Assembly (NCBI GenBank): GCA_003022435.1
Contig: PXUA01000019.1
Coordinates: 283,427 to 315,426 of the forward strand
DNA length: 32,000 nucleotides
From: Bacteroidetes bacterium SW_9_63_38
GTDB taxonomy: Bacteria; Bacteroidota; Rhodothermia; Rhodothermales; Salinibacteraceae
Reading direction: 5' to 3'
Shown here: positions 31,302 through 32,000 of the stretch, in pieces
Numbering within the stretch: the stretch's first letter is position 1
Layout: every line of letters starts with the position of its first letter
Program-made: the position numbers and the translations under genes
Notes under the pieces: model-generated
What the model saw: only the letters and a program-made list of their open reading frames with translations
What the model was told of the DNA's origin: nothing
The model's database searches: none

Positions 31302-32000
31302 ATGCCCGACGTTCTCATTCTGCAGCACGTTCGTCCCGAGCCGCCCGGCACCATCGCCGATGCGCTAGAGGATCGTGGACTCTCGTACGACACCGTGCAG
31401 GTGTACCGCGACGACCCGGTACCTGACACCTTAGAGGCCGACGGACTCGTCGTGATGGGCGGTCCGATGGGGGTGGGCGACATCGCGGACCGGCCCCACC
31501 TCCAGACCGAACTCGGCCTCGTCGAGCAGGCCCTGGATACCGACCGGCCCGTTCTGGGAACTTGTCTGGGCAGTCAGTTGCTGGCCCACGTGCTCGGGGC
31601 CGACGTGCATCCCGGCGACGGCAAGGAACTCGGCTGGGGCGAGGTCACACTTACCGAGGCTGCTGCAGGCGATCCGCTGTGGACGGGCGTGGAGGATCCG
31701 TTTACGGCCTTCCACTGGCACGGCGACGTGTTTGAGCTGCCGGACGGAGCGGTGCGGCTCGCGGCGTCGACGCAGACCGAGCAGCAGGCCTTCCGATACG
31801 GCGACCACGCGTACGGTATTCTTTTTCACCTGGAGGTGACGCCGAAGACGGTGGCGGGGATGACGACGGCCTTCCAGGACGAGCTGGCGGAGGAGGGGCT
31901 GGACGGCGCCGCGATCCGACGGGCCGCGATGACGCACGAAGATGCCGTCCGCGACACGGCTGCGACGGTGTTTGGCCGGTGGGCGGAATTGTGTGTGTAG
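31302..32000 (+). CDS. class I (type 1) glutamine amidotransferase-like protein
   Basis: Nucleophile elbow VLGTCLGSQLLA, then HWHGD and FHLE (His/Glu of the triad). Complete ORF ending at TAG 31998-32000. Confidence 0.88.
   Translation: MPDVLILQHVRPEPPGTIADALEDRGLSYDTVQVYRDDPVPDTLEADGLVVMGGPMGVGDIADRPHLQTELGLVEQALDTDRPVLGTCLGSQLLAHVLGADVHPGDGKELGWGEVTLTEAAAGDPLWTGVEDPFTAFHWHGDVFELPDGAVRLAASTQTEQQAFRYGDHAYGILFHLEVTPKTVAGMTTAFQDELAEEGLDGAAIRRAAMTHEDAVRDTAATVFGRWAELCV

Overview
High-GC bacterial chromosomal window with strongly acidic predicted proteins. It looks like a Salinibacter/Rhodothermia-type extreme halophile, but that is inference from composition and gene content, not a database result. 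G+C drops visibly (by eye, not computed) in several intergenic islands and inside the intein. I support about 30 protein genes. On the + strand: thrA (5'-truncated by the window edge), thrB and an SDR oxidoreductase. xseB lies on the - strand, convergent with thrB. On the - strand: an nrdB-nrdA ribonucleotide reductase operon whose alpha subunit carries a LAGLIDADG intein at the catalytic Cys, preceded by a cobalamin riboswitch and terminator. This is followed by a YjbQ-like protein and xseA. Next come a frameshifted PAS/HisKA_3 histidine kinase, an LMW-PTP and FN3K-family kinase pair split by a 487-bp structured spacer, two small Cys-containing proteins, a DUF493-rhodanese pair and HMG-CoA lyase. 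A nine-gene co-directional - strand block then holds a GldA/F/G-like ABC exporter, DUF4340, BtaA-like and BtaB-like genes, and two tandem LpxH/PlcP-like metallophosphoesterases. The window ends with a DUF104-type antitoxin, a PIN toxin, an overlapping short XPF/ERCC4 nuclease, a HAD hydrolase and a class-I glutamine amidotransferase. I found no rRNA, tRNA, CRISPR array, transposase or integrase. The main non-routine signals are five. (1) A roughly 100-bp MITE-like inverted-repeat element is present twice, and each copy abuts a TAG stop codon. (2) Intergenic CGTT/AACG arrays with 7-8 nt periodicity occur at five sites. (3) A predicted betaine-lipid (DGTS) plus phospholipase-C lipid-remodelling cluster. 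(4) A vapB-vapC-ERCC4 three-gene cassette with an 8-nt gene overlap. (5) Two structured or repeat-rich non-coding islands at 14284-14770 and 28325-28993. All functional calls come from motif recognition in the translated ORFs; no searches were run.
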